Shown: positions 12,094-25,064 of the stretch, one piece after another | Layout of the letters: each line of letters begins with the position of its first letter | How positions within the stretch are numbered: position 1 is the stretch's first letter | Origin: Escherichia coli | GTDB taxonomy: Bacteria > Pseudomonadota > Gammaproteobacteria > Enterobacterales > Enterobacteriaceae | Reading direction: 5' to 3' (one strand) | Assembly: GCF_001677475.2 (NCBI RefSeq) | Contig: NZ_CP015229.1 | Length of the DNA stretch: 64,000 nucleotides | Program-made: the position numbers and the translations under genes | Notes under the pieces: generated by a model | Database searches by the model: none | Seen by the model: the letters and a program-made list of their open reading frames with translations, nothing else | What the model was told of the DNA's origin: nothing

Positions 12094-13197
12094 GTGAATT
12101 TACTGACAGTGAGTACTGATCTCATCAGTATTTTTTTATTCACGACACTGTTTCTGTTTTTTGCCCGTAAGGTGGCAAAAAAAGTCGGTTTAGTGGATAA
12201 ACCTAACTTCCGCAAACGTCACCAGGGATTGATACCTCTCGTTGGGGGGATTTCGGTTTACGCAGGGATTTGCTTCACGTTCGGAATTGTCGATTACTAT
12301 ATTCCGCATGCATCTCTCTATCTCGCTTGTGCCGGTGTGCTTGTTTTCATTGGCGCGCTGGATGACCGTTTTGATATCAGCGTAAAAATCCGTGCAACCA
12401 TACAGGCCGCTGTTGGCATTGTTATGATGGTGTTCGGCAAACTTTATCTCAGTAGCCTGGGTTATATCTTTGGCTCCTGGGAGATGGTGCTCGGACCGTT
12501 TGGCTACTTCCTGACGCTATTTGCCGTCTGGGCGGCCATTAATGCGTTCAACATGGTTGATGGCATTGATGGCTTGCTGGGCGGGTTGTCCTGCGTCTCG
12601 TTTGCAGCAATCGGTATGATTTTGTGGTTCGACGGGCAAACCAGCCTTGCAATCTGGTGTTTTGCGATGATCGCCGCCATCCTGCCATACATCATGCTTA
12701 ACCTTGGTATCCTGGGTCGCCGCTACAAAGTCTTTATGGGTGATGCGGGCAGTACGCTGATTGGTTTTACCGTTATCTGGATCCTGCTCGAAACGACCCA
12801 GGGCAAAACCCATCCCATCAGCCCGGTTACCGCTTTGTGGATAATCGCCATTCCGCTAATGGATATGGTGGCGATTATGTACCGTCGCCTGCGTAAAGGC
12901 ATGAGTCCGTTCTCTCCTGATCGCCAGCATATTCACCATTTGATCATGCGTGCCGGGTTTACTTCCCGCCAGGCGTTTGTGCTGATTACCCTTGCCGCAG
13001 CTCTGCTCGCCTCCATTGGGGTGCTGGCAGAATATTCTCATTTTGTCCCGGAGTGGGTCATGCTGGTGCTCTTTTTGCTAGCATTCTTCCTCTATGGATA
13101 TTGCATTAAGCGTGCCTGGAAAGTTGCTCGCTTTATTAAGCGCGTAAAACGCAGACTGCGTAGAAATCGTGGTGGCAGCCCCAATTTAACCAAATAA
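12094..13197 (+). CDS. wecA: UDP-GlcNAc:undecaprenyl-phosphate GlcNAc-1-phosphate transferase (ECA/O-antigen initiation)
   Basis: 367-aa polytopic membrane protein, GTG start, MNLLTVSTDLISIFLFTTLFLFFARKVAKKVGLVDKPNFRKRHQ... Confidence 0.95.
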   Translation: MNLLTVSTDLISIFLFTTLFLFFARKVAKKVGLVDKPNFRKRHQGLIPLVGGISVYAGICFTFGIVDYYIPHASLYLACAGVLVFIGALDDRFDISVKIRATIQAAVGIVMMVFGKLYLSSLGYIFGSWEMVLGPFGYFLTLFAVWAAINAFNMVDGIDGLLGGLSCVSFAAIGMILWFDGQTSLAIWCFAMIAAILPYIMLNLGILGRRYKVFMGDAGSTLIGFTVIWILLETTQGKTHPISPVTALWIIAIPLMDMVAIMYRRLRKGMSPFSPDRQHIHHLIMRAGFTSRQAFVLITLAAALLASIGVLAEYSHFVPEWVMLVLFLLAFFLYGYCIKRAWKVARFIKRVKRRLRRNRGGSPNLTK

Positions 13198-13208
13198 ATG
13201 AGGATGTG

Positions 13209-14255
13209 ATGACACAACCAATGCCTGGGAAACCGGCCGAAGACGCTGAAAATGAACTGGATATTCGTGGGTTGTTTCGTACCTTGTGGGCTGGGAAGCT
13301 ATGGATTATTGGCATGGGGCTGGCGTTTGCGTTAATCGCGCTGGCGTATACTTTTTTTGCTCGTCAGGAGTGGAGCTCGACGGCGATTACCGATCGTCCA
13401 ACGGTGAATATGCTGGGGGGATATTACTCGCAGCAGCAATTTTTGCGTAACCTGGATGTCCGTTCAAACATGGCTTCTGCCGACCAATCATCGGTCATGG
13501 ACGAAGCCTATAAAGAGTTTGTTATGCAACTGGCCTCGTGGGATACCCGCAGAGAGTTCTGGCTGCAAACCGACTATTACAAACAGCGGATGGTGGGCAA
13601 CAGCAAAGCCGATGCGGCGTTGCTGGATGAAATGATTAACAACATCCAGTTTATCCCCGGAGACTTTACCCGCGCGGTCAATGACAGCGTGAAGCTTATT
13701 GCCGAAACCGCGCCTGACGCTAATAACCTGTTACGTCAGTATGTTGCTTTTGCCAGCCAGCGTGCAGCCAGCCATCTGAATGATGAGCTGAAAGGCGCAT
13801 GGGCGGCACGCACCATCCAGATGAAAGCTCAGGTGAAGCGTCAGGAAGAGGTGGCGAAAGCCATCTACGACCGCCGGATGAACAGCATTGAGCAGGCGCT
13901 GAAAATTGCTGAGCAGCATAATATTTCGCGCAGTGCGACAGATGTGCCTGCCGAGGAATTACCTGATTCAGAAATGTTCCTGCTTGGGCGTCCAATGCTC
14001 CAGGCTCGACTGGAAAATTTACAGGCCGTCGGTCCGGCCTTTGATCTCGACTATGATCAGAATCGGGCCATGTTAAACACCCTGAATGTTGGTCCAACCC
14101 TGGATCCGCGTTTTCAGACCTATCGCTATTTGCGTACGCCGGAAGAACCGGTAAAACGCGATAGCCCACGTCGTGCCTTCCTGATGATTATGTGGGGCAT
14201 TGTCGGGGGGCTGATCGGGGCTGGTGTCGCATTAACCCGCCGTTGCTCGAAATAG
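13209..14255 (+). CDS. wzzE: ECA polysaccharide chain-length modulation protein
   Basis: Translation [37 protein letters not shown]..., Wzz-type topology. Confidence 0.93.
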   Translation: MTQPMPGKPAEDAENELDIRGLFRTLWAGKLWIIGMGLAFALIALAYTFFARQEWSSTAITDRPTVNMLGGYYSQQQFLRNLDVRSNMASADQSSVMDEAYKEFVMQLASWDTRREFWLQTDYYKQRMVGNSKADAALLDEMINNIQFIPGDFTRAVNDSVKLIAETAPDANNLLRQYVAFASQRAASHLNDELKGAWAARTIQMKAQVKRQEEVAKAIYDRRMNSIEQALKIAEQHNISRSATDVPAEELPDSEMFLLGRPMLQARLENLQAVGPAFDLDYDQNRAMLNTLNVGPTLDPRFQTYRYLRTPEEPVKRDSPRRAFLMIMWGIVGGLIGAGVALTRRCSK

Positions 14256-14310
14256 CAACACTGCTGCGGTGAGCGCAAAGGCGCTCGCCGCTTATTCGAA
14301 GAGAATCGAT

Positions 14311-15441
14311 GTGAAAGTACTGACTGTATTTGGTACGCGCCCGGAAGCCATCAAGATGGCTCCGTTGGTGCATGCGTTGGCAAAAGATCCTTTTTTTGAG
14401 GCTAAAGTTTGCGTCACTGCGCAGCATCGGGAGATGCTCGATCAGGTGCTGAAACTCTTTTCCATTGTACCTGACTACGATCTCAACATAATGCAGCCAG
14501 GACAGGGCCTGACAGAGATAACCTGTCGGATTCTGGAAGGGCTAAAACCAATTCTTGCCGAGTTCAAACCAGACGTCGTGCTGGTTCACGGCGATACTAC
14601 GACGACGCTGGCAACCAGCCTGGCGGCGTTTTATCAGCGTATTCCTGTTGGTCACGTTGAGGCTGGTCTGCGCACGGGCGATCTCTATTCGCCGTGGCCG
14701 GAAGAGGCTAACCGTACATTGACCGGGCATCTGGCGATGTATCACTTCTCTCCAACCGAAACTTCCCGGCAAAACTTGCTGCGTGAAAATGTTGCTGACA
14801 GCCGAATCTTCATTACCGGTAATACAGTTATTGATGCACTGTTATGGGTGCGTGACCAGGTGATGAGCAGCGATACGCTGCGTTCAGAACTGGCGGCAAA
14901 TTACCCGTTTATCGACCCCAATAAAAAAATGATTCTGGTGACCGGTCACAGGCGTGAGAGCTTCGGTCGTGGCTTTGAAGAAATCTGCCATGCGCTGGCA
15001 GACATCGCCACCACGCATCAGGACATCCAGATTGTCTATCCAGTGCATCTCAACCCGAACGTCAGAGAGCCGGTCAATCGCATTCTGGGGCATGTGAAAA
15101 ATGTCATTCTGATCGATCCCCAGGAGTATTTACCGTTTGTCTGGCTGATGAACCACGCCTGGCTGATTTTGACCGACTCAGGCGGCATTCAGGAAGAGGC
15201 GCCTTCGCTGGGGAAACCGGTGCTGGTGATGCGCGATACCACTGAGCGTCCGGAAGCGGTGACGGCGGGTACGGTGCGTCTGGTAGGCACGGATAAGCAG
15301 CGAATTGTCGAGGAAGTGACGCGTCTTTTAAAAGACGAAAACGAATATCAAGCTATGAGCCGCGCCCATAACCCGTATGGTGATGGTCAGGCATGCTCTC
15401 GCATTCTGGAAGCGTTAAAAAATAATCGGATATCACTATGA
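14311..15441 (+). CDS. wecB: UDP-N-acetylglucosamine 2-epimerase
   Basis: Translation from GTG 14311 [23 protein letters not shown]..., 376 aa. Confidence 0.95.
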   Translation: MKVLTVFGTRPEAIKMAPLVHALAKDPFFEAKVCVTAQHREMLDQVLKLFSIVPDYDLNIMQPGQGLTEITCRILEGLKPILAEFKPDVVLVHGDTTTTLATSLAAFYQRIPVGHVEAGLRTGDLYSPWPEEANRTLTGHLAMYHFSPTETSRQNLLRENVADSRIFITGNTVIDALLWVRDQVMSSDTLRSELAANYPFIDPNKKMILVTGHRRESFGRGFEEICHALADIATTHQDIQIVYPVHLNPNVREPVNRILGHVKNVILIDPQEYLPFVWLMNHAWLILTDSGGIQEEAPSLGKPVLVMRDTTERPEAVTAGTVRLVGTDKQRIVEEVTRLLKDENEYQAMSRAHNPYGDGQACSRILEALKNNRISL

Positions 15442-16700
15442 GTTTTGCGACCATTTCTGTTATCGGACTGGGTTACATCGGGCTGCCTACAGCAGCTGCG
15501 TTTGCCTCACGGCAAAAACAGGTGATTGGTGTCGATATCAACCAACACGCGGTTGATACCATCAATCGTGGCGAAATCCATATCGTCGAGCCTGATTTGG
15601 CGAGCGTAGTAAAAACTGCCGTAGAAGGCGGTTTTTTACGAGCGAGCACGACGCCAGTTGAAGCGGATGCCTGGCTGATTGCTGTACCCACGCCGTTTAA
15701 AGGCGATCATGAGCCAGATATGACCTACGTTGAATCGGCTGCTCGCTCCATTGCGCCAGTGCTGAAAAAAGGCGCGCTGGTGATCCTTGAATCCACCTCG
15801 CCGGTGGGGTCAACCGAGAAGATGGCAGAATGGTTAGCAGAGATGCGTCCGGATCTCACTTTCCCACAGCAGGTGGGCGAGCAGGCGGACGTCAACATTG
15901 CTTACTGCCCGGAACGCGTGTTACCGGGCCAGGTTATGGTCGAGCTGATTAAAAACGATCGCGTGATTGGTGGTATGACGCCGGTTTGTTCGGCCCGCGC
16001 CAGCGAACTGTACAAGATTTTCCTCGAAGGTGAGTGTGTCGTCACTAACTCGCGGACGGCGGAAATGTGTAAGCTCACCGAAAACAGCTTCCGCGATGTG
16101 AATATCGCTTTTGCTAATGAATTGTCGCTGATTTGTGCCGATCAGGGGATTAACGTCTGGGAACTGATTCGCCTGGCGAATCGTCACCCTCGCGTTAATA
16201 TTCTTCAGCCTGGTCCTGGCGTGGGCGGTCACTGCATCGCTGTTGATCCGTGGTTTATTGTGGCACAGAACCCGCAGCAGGCGCGGCTTATCCGTACCGC
16301 GCGCGAAGTGAACGATCACAAACCTTTCTGGGTTATCGATCAGGTGAAAGCGGCGGTGGCTGATTGCCTGGCGGCTACCGATAAACGCGCCAGTGAACTG
16401 AAAATCGCCTGCTTTGGTCTGGCGTTTAAACCGAATATTGATGACCTGCGCGAAAGCCCGGCGATGGAAATCGCTGAACTGATCGCCCAGTGGCACAGCG
16501 GCGAAACGCTGGTTGTTGAGCCTAACATCCACCAGTTGCCGAAGAAACTGACCGGGCTTTGTACTCTGGCGCAGCTTGACGAGGCGCTGGCAACGGCAGA
16601 TGTGCTGGTGATGTTGGTCGATCATAGTCAGTTCAAAGTTATCAATGGCGACAATGTCCATCAGCAGTATGTCGTCGATGCCAAAGGAGTTTGGCGCTGA
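15438..16700 (+). CDS. wecC: UDP-N-acetyl-D-mannosamine dehydrogenase
   Basis: 420-aa translation [23 protein letters not shown]... with NAD-binding GxGxxG; 4-nt overlap with wecB and with rffG. Confidence 0.95.
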   Translation: MSFATISVIGLGYIGLPTAAAFASRQKQVIGVDINQHAVDTINRGEIHIVEPDLASVVKTAVEGGFLRASTTPVEADAWLIAVPTPFKGDHEPDMTYVESAARSIAPVLKKGALVILESTSPVGSTEKMAEWLAEMRPDLTFPQQVGEQADVNIAYCPERVLPGQVMVELIKNDRVIGGMTPVCSARASELYKIFLEGECVVTNSRTAEMCKLTENSFRDVNIAFANELSLICADQGINVWELIRLANRHPRVNILQPGPGVGGHCIAVDPWFIVAQNPQQARLIRTAREVNDHKPFWVIDQVKAAVADCLAATDKRASELKIACFGLAFKPNIDDLRESPAMEIAELIAQWHSGETLVVEPNIHQLPKKLTGLCTLAQLDEALATADVLVMLVDHSQFKVINGDNVHQQYVVDAKGVWR

Positions 16701-17767
16701 TGAGAAAGATTCTGATAACAGGTGGTGCCGGGTTTATTGGCTCGGCGCTGGTGCGTTATATCATCAACGAAACGAGCGATGCGGTGGTAGTGGTCGATAA
16801 GCTGACCTACGCCGGAAACCTGATGTCGCTGGCACCGGTCGCGCAAAGCGAGCGCTTTGCCTTTGAGAAAGTTGATATCTGCGATCGGGCAGAACTGGCG
16901 CGCGTATTCACTGAGCATCAGCCAGACTGTGTCATGCATCTGGCAGCCGAAAGCCATGTTGACCGTTCTATTGACGGCCCGGCAGCGTTTGTTGAAACCA
17001 ACATTGTCGGGACTTATACATTGCTTGAAGCGGCGCGGGCTTACTGGAATGCGCTGACGGAAGATAAAAAATCAGCGTTCCGTTTTCATCATATCTCCAC
17101 CGACGAAGTATATGGTGACCTGCACTCGACGGATGATTTCTTCACCGAAACCACGCCGTATGCGCCGAGCAGCCCTTATTCCGCGTCAAAAGCCAGCAGC
17201 GACCATCTGGTGCGCGCCTGGCTGCGGACCTATGGTCTGCCGACGCTTATCACCAACTGCTCGAATAACTACGGCCCTTACCACTTTCCGGAAAAACTGA
17301 TCCCGCTGATGATCCTCAATGCGCTGGCGGGTAAACCGCTGCCGGTATATGGCAACGGGCAGCAAATCCGTGACTGGCTGTATGTGGAAGATCACGCCCG
17401 CGCGCTGTATTGCGTGGCGACCACCGGGAAAGTCGGTGAAACCTATAATATTGGTGGTCACAACGAGCGTAAGAATCTCGATGTTGTGGAAACCATTTGC
17501 GAGCTGCTGGAAGAACTGGCTCCGAACAAGCCGCACGGCGTGGCGCACTATCGTGACCTGATCACCTTTGTCGCTGACCGTCCGGGGCATGATCTGCGTT
17601 ATGCCATTGATGCTTCGAAAATTGCCCGTGAACTTGGCTGGCTGCCGCAGGAAACCTTTGAAAGTGGAATGCGTAAAACGGTTCAGTGGTATCTGGCTAA
17701 TGAAAGCTGGTGGAAGCAGGTGCAGGACGGCAGCTATCAGGGCGAGCGTTTAGGTCTGAAAGGCTAA
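16700..17767 (+). CDS. rffG: dTDP-glucose 4,6-dehydratase
   Basis: Translation [21 protein letters not shown]..., 355 aa. Confidence 0.95.
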   Translation: MRKILITGGAGFIGSALVRYIINETSDAVVVVDKLTYAGNLMSLAPVAQSERFAFEKVDICDRAELARVFTEHQPDCVMHLAAESHVDRSIDGPAAFVETNIVGTYTLLEAARAYWNALTEDKKSAFRFHHISTDEVYGDLHSTDDFFTETTPYAPSSPYSASKASSDHLVRAWLRTYGLPTLITNCSNNYGPYHFPEKLIPLMILNALAGKPLPVYGNGQQIRDWLYVEDHARALYCVATTGKVGETYNIGGHNERKNLDVVETICELLEELAPNKPHGVAHYRDLITFVADRPGHDLRYAIDASKIARELGWLPQETFESGMRKTVQWYLANESWWKQVQDGSYQGERLGLKG

Positions 17768-17785
17768 TTTTCAGCGGAGGCAAAC

Positions 17786-18667
17786 ATGAAAGGTATTATC
17801 CTGGCGGGCGGTTCCGGTACCCGATTGCATCCGATTACGCGCGGCGTATCGAAGCAACTGTTGCCGATTTACGATAAGCCAATGATTTACTATCCGCTGT
17901 CGGTGCTGATGCTGGCCGGTATCCGCGAAATTCTCATCATCACTACGCCGGAAGATAAAGGTTATTTCCAGCGCCTGCTGGGCGATGGTAGTGAGTTCGG
18001 TATCCAGCTGGAATATGCCGAACAGCCCAGCCCGGACGGTCTGGCGCAGGCCTTTATCATCGGTGAAACCTTCCTCAACGGTGAACCTTCTTGTCTGGTG
18101 CTGGGCGATAACATCTTCTTCGGACAGGGCTTCAGTCCGAAGCTGCGTCATGTTGCGGCGCGCACGCAAGGCGCGACGGTATTTGGCTATCAGGTGATGG
18201 ACCCGGAACGCTTTGGCGTCGTGGAGTTTGACGACAATTTCCGCGCTATCTCGCTGGAAGAAAAGCCAAAACAGCCGAAATCAAACTGGGCGGTGACCGG
18301 GCTTTATTTCTACGACAGTAAAGTCGTGGAGTACGCAAAGCTGGTGAAGCCGTCGGAGCGTGGTGAACTGGAGATCACCTCCATCAACCAGATGTACCTC
18401 GAGGCGGGTAACCTGACCGTTGAACTGCTCGGGCGCGGATTTGCCTGGCTGGACACTGGCACTCACGACAGCCTGATTGAAGCCAGCACCTTTGTACAGA
18501 CGGTGGAGAAACGCCAGGGCTTTAAGATTGCCTGCCTGGAAGAGATCGCCTGGCGTAACGGCTGGCTTGATGACGAAGGCGTGAAGCGCGCCGCCAGCTC
18601 GCTGGCGAAAACTGGCTACGGCCAATATCTGCTGGAGTTACTTCGTGCCCGTCCGCGCCAGTATTGA
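17786..18667 (+). CDS. rffH: Glucose-1-phosphate thymidylyltransferase
   Basis: 293-aa translation [41 protein letters not shown]... Confidence 0.95.
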   Translation: MKGIILAGGSGTRLHPITRGVSKQLLPIYDKPMIYYPLSVLMLAGIREILIITTPEDKGYFQRLLGDGSEFGIQLEYAEQPSPDGLAQAFIIGETFLNGEPSCLVLGDNIFFGQGFSPKLRHVAARTQGATVFGYQVMDPERFGVVEFDDNFRAISLEEKPKQPKSNWAVTGLYFYDSKVVEYAKLVKPSERGELEITSINQMYLEAGNLTVELLGRGFAWLDTGTHDSLIEASTFVQTVEKRQGFKIACLEEIAWRNGWLDDEGVKRAASSLAKTGYGQYLLELLRARPRQY

Positions 18668-19319
18668 GCCACTCACCTGGGAAAACGCCTTCTTTGGTGT
18701 TAACAGCGCCATCGTGCGTATCACGCCTGAAGCACCGCTCCTGACGTCAGACGCCTTAGCGCCGTGGTCACGGGTGCAGGCCAAAATTGCGGCATCAAAT
18801 ACGGGTGAACTGGATGCCCTGCAACAGCTGGGATTCTCCCTGGTCGAAGGTGAAGTTGATTTGGCTCTACCCGTGAACAATGTCAGTGATAGTGGTGCAG
18901 TAGTGGCACAAGAGACCGATATTCCCGCATTACGTCAGTTAGCCAGCGCCGCATTTGCGCAAAGCCGTTTTCGTGCGCCATGGTATGCGCCTGACGCCAG
19001 CGGTCGCTTTTATGCACAGTGGATTGAAAATGCCGTGCGCGGCACCTTTGATCATCAATGTCTGATTTTACGTGCGGCGTCCGGCGCTATTCGCGGCTAT
19101 GTCTCTTTACGGGAACTCAATGCGACAGATGCGCGAATTGGCCTGCTGGCTGGACGCGGTGCAGGTGCTGAGCTGATGCAAACGGCGCTAAACTGGGCGT
19201 ATGCTCGCGGTAAAACAACTTTGCGGGTGGCGACCCAGATGGGCAACACCGCCGCGCTTAAACGATACATACAAAGTGGTGCGAATGTAGAAAGCACCGC
19301 GTACTGGTTATACAGGTGA
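18645..19319 (+). CDS. wecD: dTDP-fucosamine acetyltransferase (GNAT); start uncertain, ORF overlaps rffH by 23 nt
   Basis: 224-aa ORF in the ECA cluster ending ...[25 protein letters not shown]. Confidence 0.85.
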   Translation: MPVRASIEPLTWENAFFGVNSAIVRITPEAPLLTSDALAPWSRVQAKIAASNTGELDALQQLGFSLVEGEVDLALPVNNVSDSGAVVAQETDIPALRQLASAAFAQSRFRAPWYAPDASGRFYAQWIENAVRGTFDHQCLILRAASGAIRGYVSLRELNATDARIGLLAGRGAGAELMQTALNWAYARGKTTLRVATQMGNTAALKRYIQSGANVESTAYWLYR

Positions 19320-19323
19320 TCAC

Positions 19324-20454
19324 ATGATTCCATTTAACGCACCGCCGGTGGTGGGAACCGAACTCGACTATATGCAGTCGGCAATGGGTAGCGGCAAACT
19401 GTGCGGCGATGGCGGTTTTACCCGTCGCTGCCAGCAGTGGCTGGAGCAACGTTTTGGCAGCGCCAAAGTGTTACTGACGCCATCCTGCACCGCTTCGCTG
19501 GAGATGGCGGCGCTGCTGCTCAATATCCAGCCTGGCGATGAAGTGATCATGCCGAGCTACACCTTTGTCTCCACCGCCAATGCCTTTGTGCTGCGTGGCG
19601 CAAAAATCGTTTTTGTGGATGTTCGCCCGGACACCATGAACATCGACGAAACGTTGATTGAAGCGGCGATCACCGACAAAACGCGCGTTATCGTGCCGGT
19701 CCATTACGCGGGTGTGGCCTGCGAAATGGACACCATTATGGCGTTGGCGAAAAAGCATAATTTGTTTGTGGTGGAAGATGCCGCTCAGGGCGTGATGTCC
19801 ACTTACAAAGGGCGTGCGCTTGGAACCATTGGTCATATTGGCTGCTTTAGCTTCCATGAAACCAAAAACTACACGGCGGGCGGTGAAGGCGGCGCGACGC
19901 TGATTAACGATAAAGCGTTGATCGAACGAGCCGAGATCATCCGTGAAAAAGGCACAAACCGCAGCCAGTTCTTCCGTGGTCAAGTCGATAAATATACCTG
20001 GCGCGATATCGGCTCCAGCTATTTGATGTCCGATCTGCAAGCTGCGTACCTGTGGGCGCAACTGGAAGCAGCGGATCGTATCAACCAGCAACGTCTGGCG
20101 CTGTGGCAAAACTACTACGATGCGTTAGCGCCTCTGGCGAAAGCCGGGCGTATCGAGCTGCCGTCGATTCCCGATGGCTGCGTGCAGAACGCGCATATGT
20201 TCTACATTAAACTGCGGGATATTGATGACCGGAGCGCGTTGATTAACTTTCTGAAAGAAGCGGAAATCATGGCGGTGTTCCATTACATTCCGCTGCACGG
20301 TTGTCCTGCGGGGGAACGCTTTGGTGAGTTCCACGGTGAAGATCGCTACACCACCAAAGAGAGCGAGCGCCTGCTGCGCCTGCCGCTGTTCTACAACCTG
20401 TCGCCCGTCAATCAGCGTACGGTAATTGCGACTTTATTGAACTACTTCTCCTGA
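19324..20454 (+). CDS. wecE: dTDP-4-oxo-6-deoxy-D-glucose transaminase (PLP-dependent)
   Basis: 376-aa DegT/DnrJ/EryC1-type aminotransferase translation. Confidence 0.95.
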   Translation: MIPFNAPPVVGTELDYMQSAMGSGKLCGDGGFTRRCQQWLEQRFGSAKVLLTPSCTASLEMAALLLNIQPGDEVIMPSYTFVSTANAFVLRGAKIVFVDVRPDTMNIDETLIEAAITDKTRVIVPVHYAGVACEMDTIMALAKKHNLFVVEDAAQGVMSTYKGRALGTIGHIGCFSFHETKNYTAGGEGGATLINDKALIERAEIIREKGTNRSQFFRGQVDKYTWRDIGSSYLMSDLQAAYLWAQLEAADRINQQRLALWQNYYDALAPLAKAGRIELPSIPDGCVQNAHMFYIKLRDIDDRSALINFLKEAEIMAVFHYIPLHGCPAGERFGEFHGEDRYTTKESERLLRLPLFYNLSPVNQRTVIATLLNYFS

Positions 20455-20455
20455 T

Positions 20456-21706
20456 ATGTCGTTGGCAAAAGCGTCCTTGTGGACGGCGGCCAGTACACTG
20501 GTCAAGATTGGTGCCGGGTTACTGGTCGGTAAGTTGCTGGCGGTGTCATTTGGTCCGGCGGGGCTTGGGCTGGCGGCAAATTTCCGCCAGTTGATTACCG
20601 TGCTCGGCGTGCTTGCCGGGGCTGGCATCTTTAACGGTGTAACCAAATACGTTGCCCAGTACCATGATAATCCGCAACAGCTGCGCCGCGTGGTCGGCAC
20701 TTCATCAGCGATGGTACTTGGTTTCTCTACGCTGATGGCGCTGGTTTTTGTGCTGGCGGCAGCCCCAATTAGCCAGGGATTGTTTGGTAATACCGACTAT
20801 CAGGGGCTGGTGCGTTTAGTGGCGTTGGTGCAAATGGGGATCGCCTGGGGCAACCTGTTACTGGCGTTGATGAAAGGCTTTCGCGATGCCGCAGGTAATG
20901 CGTTATCCCTGATTGTTGGCAGCCTGATTGGCGTTCTCGCGTACTACGTCAGTTACCGTTTGGGCGGTTATGAAGGGGCGTTGCTGGGGCTGGCGTTGAT
21001 TCCCGCGCTGGTGGTGATTCCTGCCGTCATCATGCTAATTAAGCGTGGTGCAATCCCGTTAAGCTATCTGAAACCCAGCTGGGATAACGGCCTGGCAGGG
21101 CAGTTGAGCAAATTTACGCTCATGGCGTTGATTACGTCGGTGACCTTGCCCGTTGCTTACATCATGATGCGTAAACTGCTGGCGGCGCAGTATAGCTGGG
21201 ATGAGGTGGGGATCTGGCAAGGGGTGAGCAGTATTTCCGATGCCTACCTGCAATTTATTACGGCATCGTTCAGCGTATATTTGCTGCCCACGTTGTCGCG
21301 GCTAACGGAAAAGCGCGATATCACCCGGGAAGTGGTTAAATCGCTGAAATTCGTCTTACCGGCAGTGGCGGCGGCGAGTTTTACCGTCTGGTTGCTGCGT
21401 GATTTTGCTATCTGGCTGCTGTTGTCGAATAAATTTACCGCTATGCGCGATCTCTTTGCCTGGCAGTTAGTGGGTGATGTGTTAAAAGTGGGCGCTTATG
21501 TCTTTGGTTATCTGGTGATCGCCAAAGCGTCACTGCAGTTTTATATTCTGGCGGAAGTCAGCCAGTTCACTTTATTGATGGTATTTGCCCACTGGCTAAT
21601 CCCTGCGCATGGTGCACTGGGCGCGGCGCAGGCCTATATGGCAACCTATATCGTCTATTTTTCTCTTTGTTGTGGCGTGTTTTTACTCTGGCGTAGGCGG
21701 GCATGA
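20456..21706 (+). CDS. wzxE: ECA lipid III flippase
   Basis: 416-aa polytopic membrane protein in the ECA cluster. Confidence 0.93.
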   Translation: MSLAKASLWTAASTLVKIGAGLLVGKLLAVSFGPAGLGLAANFRQLITVLGVLAGAGIFNGVTKYVAQYHDNPQQLRRVVGTSSAMVLGFSTLMALVFVLAAAPISQGLFGNTDYQGLVRLVALVQMGIAWGNLLLALMKGFRDAAGNALSLIVGSLIGVLAYYVSYRLGGYEGALLGLALIPALVVIPAVIMLIKRGAIPLSYLKPSWDNGLAGQLSKFTLMALITSVTLPVAYIMMRKLLAAQYSWDEVGIWQGVSSISDAYLQFITASFSVYLLPTLSRLTEKRDITREVVKSLKFVLPAVAAASFTVWLLRDFAIWLLLSNKFTAMRDLFAWQLVGDVLKVGAYVFGYLVIAKASLQFYILAEVSQFTLLMVFAHWLIPAHGALGAAQAYMATYIVYFSLCCGVFLLWRRRA

Positions 21707-22782
21707 CTGTACTGATTCACGTACTGGGATCGGATATCCCTCACCATAACCGAACCGTTTTGCGGTTTTTCAATGACGCGCTGGCCGCGACGAGCGAGCA
21801 CGCGCGCGAGTTTATGGTTGTTGGCAAGGACGACGGCTTAAGTGATAGCTGTCCGGCGCTTTCTGTGCAATTTTTCCCTGGGAAAAAATCGCTGGCGGAA
21901 GCGGTCATCGCGAAAGCAAAAGCTAACCGTCAGCAGCGATTTTTTTTCCACGGTCAGTTCAATCCCACACTGTGGCTGGCTCTGCTGAGTGGTGGCATTA
22001 AGCCCAGCCAGTTTTTCTGGCATATCTGGGGGGCAGACCTGTATGAGCTTTCCAGTGGCTTGAGATATAAGCTTTTTTACCCACTACGTCGCCTGGCGCA
22101 AAAGCGAGTCGGCTGTGTATTTGCCACCCGCGGTGATTTGAGCTTTTTTGCCAAAATGCATCCAAAGGTGCGGGGCGAACTGCTGTACTTCCCGACGCGG
22201 ATGGACCCTTCTCTCAATACGATGGCGAACGATCGGCAACGTGAAGGGAAAATGACCATTCTGGTGGGGAACTCCGGTGACCGCAGCAATGAACATATTG
22301 CTGCCTTGCGCGCCGTTTATCAGCAATTTGGCGATACGGTAAAAGTGGTGGTGCCGATGGGATATCCGCCTAATAACGAAGCGTACATCGAGGAAGTTCG
22401 TCAGGCGGGGCTGGAGTTATTCAGCGAAGAAAATCTGCAAGTTCTGAGCGAAAAACTGGAATTTGACGCCTATCTGACGCTACTTCGCCAGTGCGATCTC
22501 GGCTACTTTATTTTTGCCCGCCAGCAGGGCATTGGTACGCTTTGCTTACTGATTCAGGCGGGCATTCCTTGTGTGCTTAACCGGGAAAATCCGTTCTGGC
22601 AGGATATGACGGAACAGCATTTACCGGTGCTGTTTACTACCGACGATCTCAACGAGGATATTGTGCGTGAAGCGCAGCGCCAGTTGGCGTCGGTGGATAA
22701 AAACACCATTGCCTTCTTTAGCCCGAACTATCTGCAAGGCTGGCAGCGGGCGTTGGCTATTGCCGCCGGGGAGGTTGCATGA
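21703..22782 (+). CDS. wecF: TDP-Fuc4NAc:lipid II Fuc4NAc transferase
   Basis: 359-aa translation [25 protein letters not shown]...; 4-nt overlaps with both neighbours. Confidence 0.93.
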
Positions 22783-24131
22783 GTCTGCTGCAATTCAGTG
22801 GCCTGTTTGTTGTCTGGCTGCTCTGCACGCTGTTTATTGCCACGCTGACCTGGTTTGAGTTTCGCCGTGTGCGCTTTAACTTCAATGTCTTCTTTTCATT
22901 GCTGTTTTTGCTCACCTTTTTCTTCGGCTTCCCGCTGACCAGCGTGCTGGTATTTCGCTTTGATGTTGGTGTCGCGCCGCCAGAAATCTTGTTGCAGGCG
23001 TTGCTTTCTGCGGGCTGTTTCTACGCGGTTTACTATGTCACCTACAAAACCCGCCTACGCAAACGCGTTGCTGATGTACCGCGCCGTCCGCTGTTTACCA
23101 TGAACCGCGTGGAGACCAATCTTACGTGGGTGATCCTGATGGGCATCGCGCTGGTAAGCGTCGGCATCTTCTTCATGCACAACGGCTTTTTGCTGTTCCG
23201 GCTTAACTCCTACAGTCAGATCTTCTCCAGTGAAGTCTCCGGCGTGGCGTTAAAACGCTTCTTTTACTTTTTCATCCCGGCGATGCTGGTGGTCTACTTT
23301 CTGCGCCAGGACAGCAAAGCGTGGCTGTTTTTCCTCGTCAGCACGGTCGCTTTTGGCTTGCTGACTTATATGATTGTCGGCGGCACTCGCGCCAATATCA
23401 TCATCGCATTCGCTATCTTCCTGTTTATTGGCATTATTCGCGGCTGGATTTCGTTGTGGATGCTGGCGGCGGCGGGCGTGCTGGGGATTGTTGGCATGTT
23501 CTGGCTGGCTCTAAAACGCTATGGAATGAATGTGAGCGGCGATGAAGCGTTCTATACGTTTCTCTATCTCACTCGCGACACCTTCTCGCCGTGGGAGAAT
23601 CTGGCGTTGCTGTTGCAGAACTACGACAACATCGACTTCCAGGGCCTGGCTCCAATTGTCCGCGATTTCTATGTCTTTATCCCTTCCTGGCTGTGGCCGG
23701 GTCGCCCGAGTATGGTGCTGAACTCAGCCAACTACTTTACCTGGGAAGTGCTGAATAACCACTCCGGACTGGCGATCTCGCCTACGCTTATAGGCTCACT
23801 GGTGGTGATGGGCGGCGCGTTGTTCATCCCGCTCGGGGCGATTGTGGTTGGACTGATCATCAAATGGTTCGACTGGCTGTATGAGCTGGGCAACCGCGAG
23901 ACTAATCGCTATAAGGCTGCGATATTGCACAGTTTCTGCTTTGGGGCGATCTTCAATATGATCGTGCTGGCACGTGAAGGGCTGGATTCGTTTGTCTCAC
24001 GCGTAGTCTTTTTTATCGTGGTCTTCGGCGCATGTCTGATGATCGCAAAACTGTTGTACTGGCTTTTTGAAAGCGCCGGACTCATTCATAAACGTACAAA
24101 ATCATCGCTCCGGACGCAGGTTGAAGGATAA
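22779..24131 (+). CDS. wzyE: ECA polymerase
   Basis: 450-aa polytopic membrane protein. Confidence 0.93.
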
Positions 24132-24133
24132 CA

Positions 24134-24874
24134 ATGAATAACAACACCACGGCACCGACCTATACGCTGCGTGGCTTACAGTTGATTGGTTGGCGTGATA
24201 TGCAGCACGCCCTTGATTATCTGTTTGCTGACGGGCAGCTTAAGCAGGGAACGCTGGTTGCCATTAATGCTGAAAAAATGCTGACCATTGAAGATAACGC
24301 CGAGGTCAGGGAGTTAATTAACGCTGCCGAATTTAAATATGCGGATGGCATCAGCGTTGTACGTTCAGTACGTAAAAAGTACCCGCAGGCGCAGGTTTCC
24401 CGCGTTGCCGGTGCCGATCTCTGGGAAGAGCTGATGGCGCGCGCAGGCAAAGAAGGGACGCCGGTATTTCTTGTGGGCGGTAAACCTGAAGTGCTGGCGC
24501 AAACTGAAGCTAAACTACGCAACCAGTGGAATGTGAATATCGTTGGCAGTCAGGATGGTTATTTTAAACCCGAGCAGCGTCAGGCGCTGTTTGAACGAAT
24601 TCATGCCAGTGGAGCGCAAATCGTCACCGTTGCGATGGGATCGCCAAAGCAGGAGATCTTCATGCGCGACTGCCGTCTGGTGCATCCAGATGCGCTGTAT
24701 ATGGGTGTTGGCGGGACTTACGATGTTTTCACCGGTCACGTAAAACGCGCACCGAAAATCTGGCAAACGCTGGGACTGGAGTGGCTCTACCGCCTGCTTT
24801 CGCAGCCGAGCCGCATTAAGCGTCAGCTTCGTTTGCTGCGTTATTTACGCTGGCACTACACCGGCAACCTCTGA
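24134..24874 (+). CDS. wecG: UDP-ManNAcA transferase
   Basis: 246-aa translation, last gene of the ECA cluster. Confidence 0.93.
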
Positions 24875-24892
24875 TTTTCCTCTCTTTGTAAA

Positions 24893-24930
24893 GCGACGGA
24901 GTGGTCACTCCGTCGCCTGTCTGCTTTTTT
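24893..24930 (+). terminator. Intrinsic terminator after the ECA operon
   Basis: Stem gcgacggagtg / cactccgtcgc with gtc loop followed by ctgtctgctttttt. Confidence 0.65.
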
Positions 24931-25064
24931 ATTACACAAAGCATTCAAATTTTTAATGCTTTATTTGCCATTTCTCCTGAATTACGAAAACATTCGCAAC
25001 ACTCGATGTACCCATAACGATAACCGGTAACACCGGAAAGCATGCAAACACAACACGAGGATTT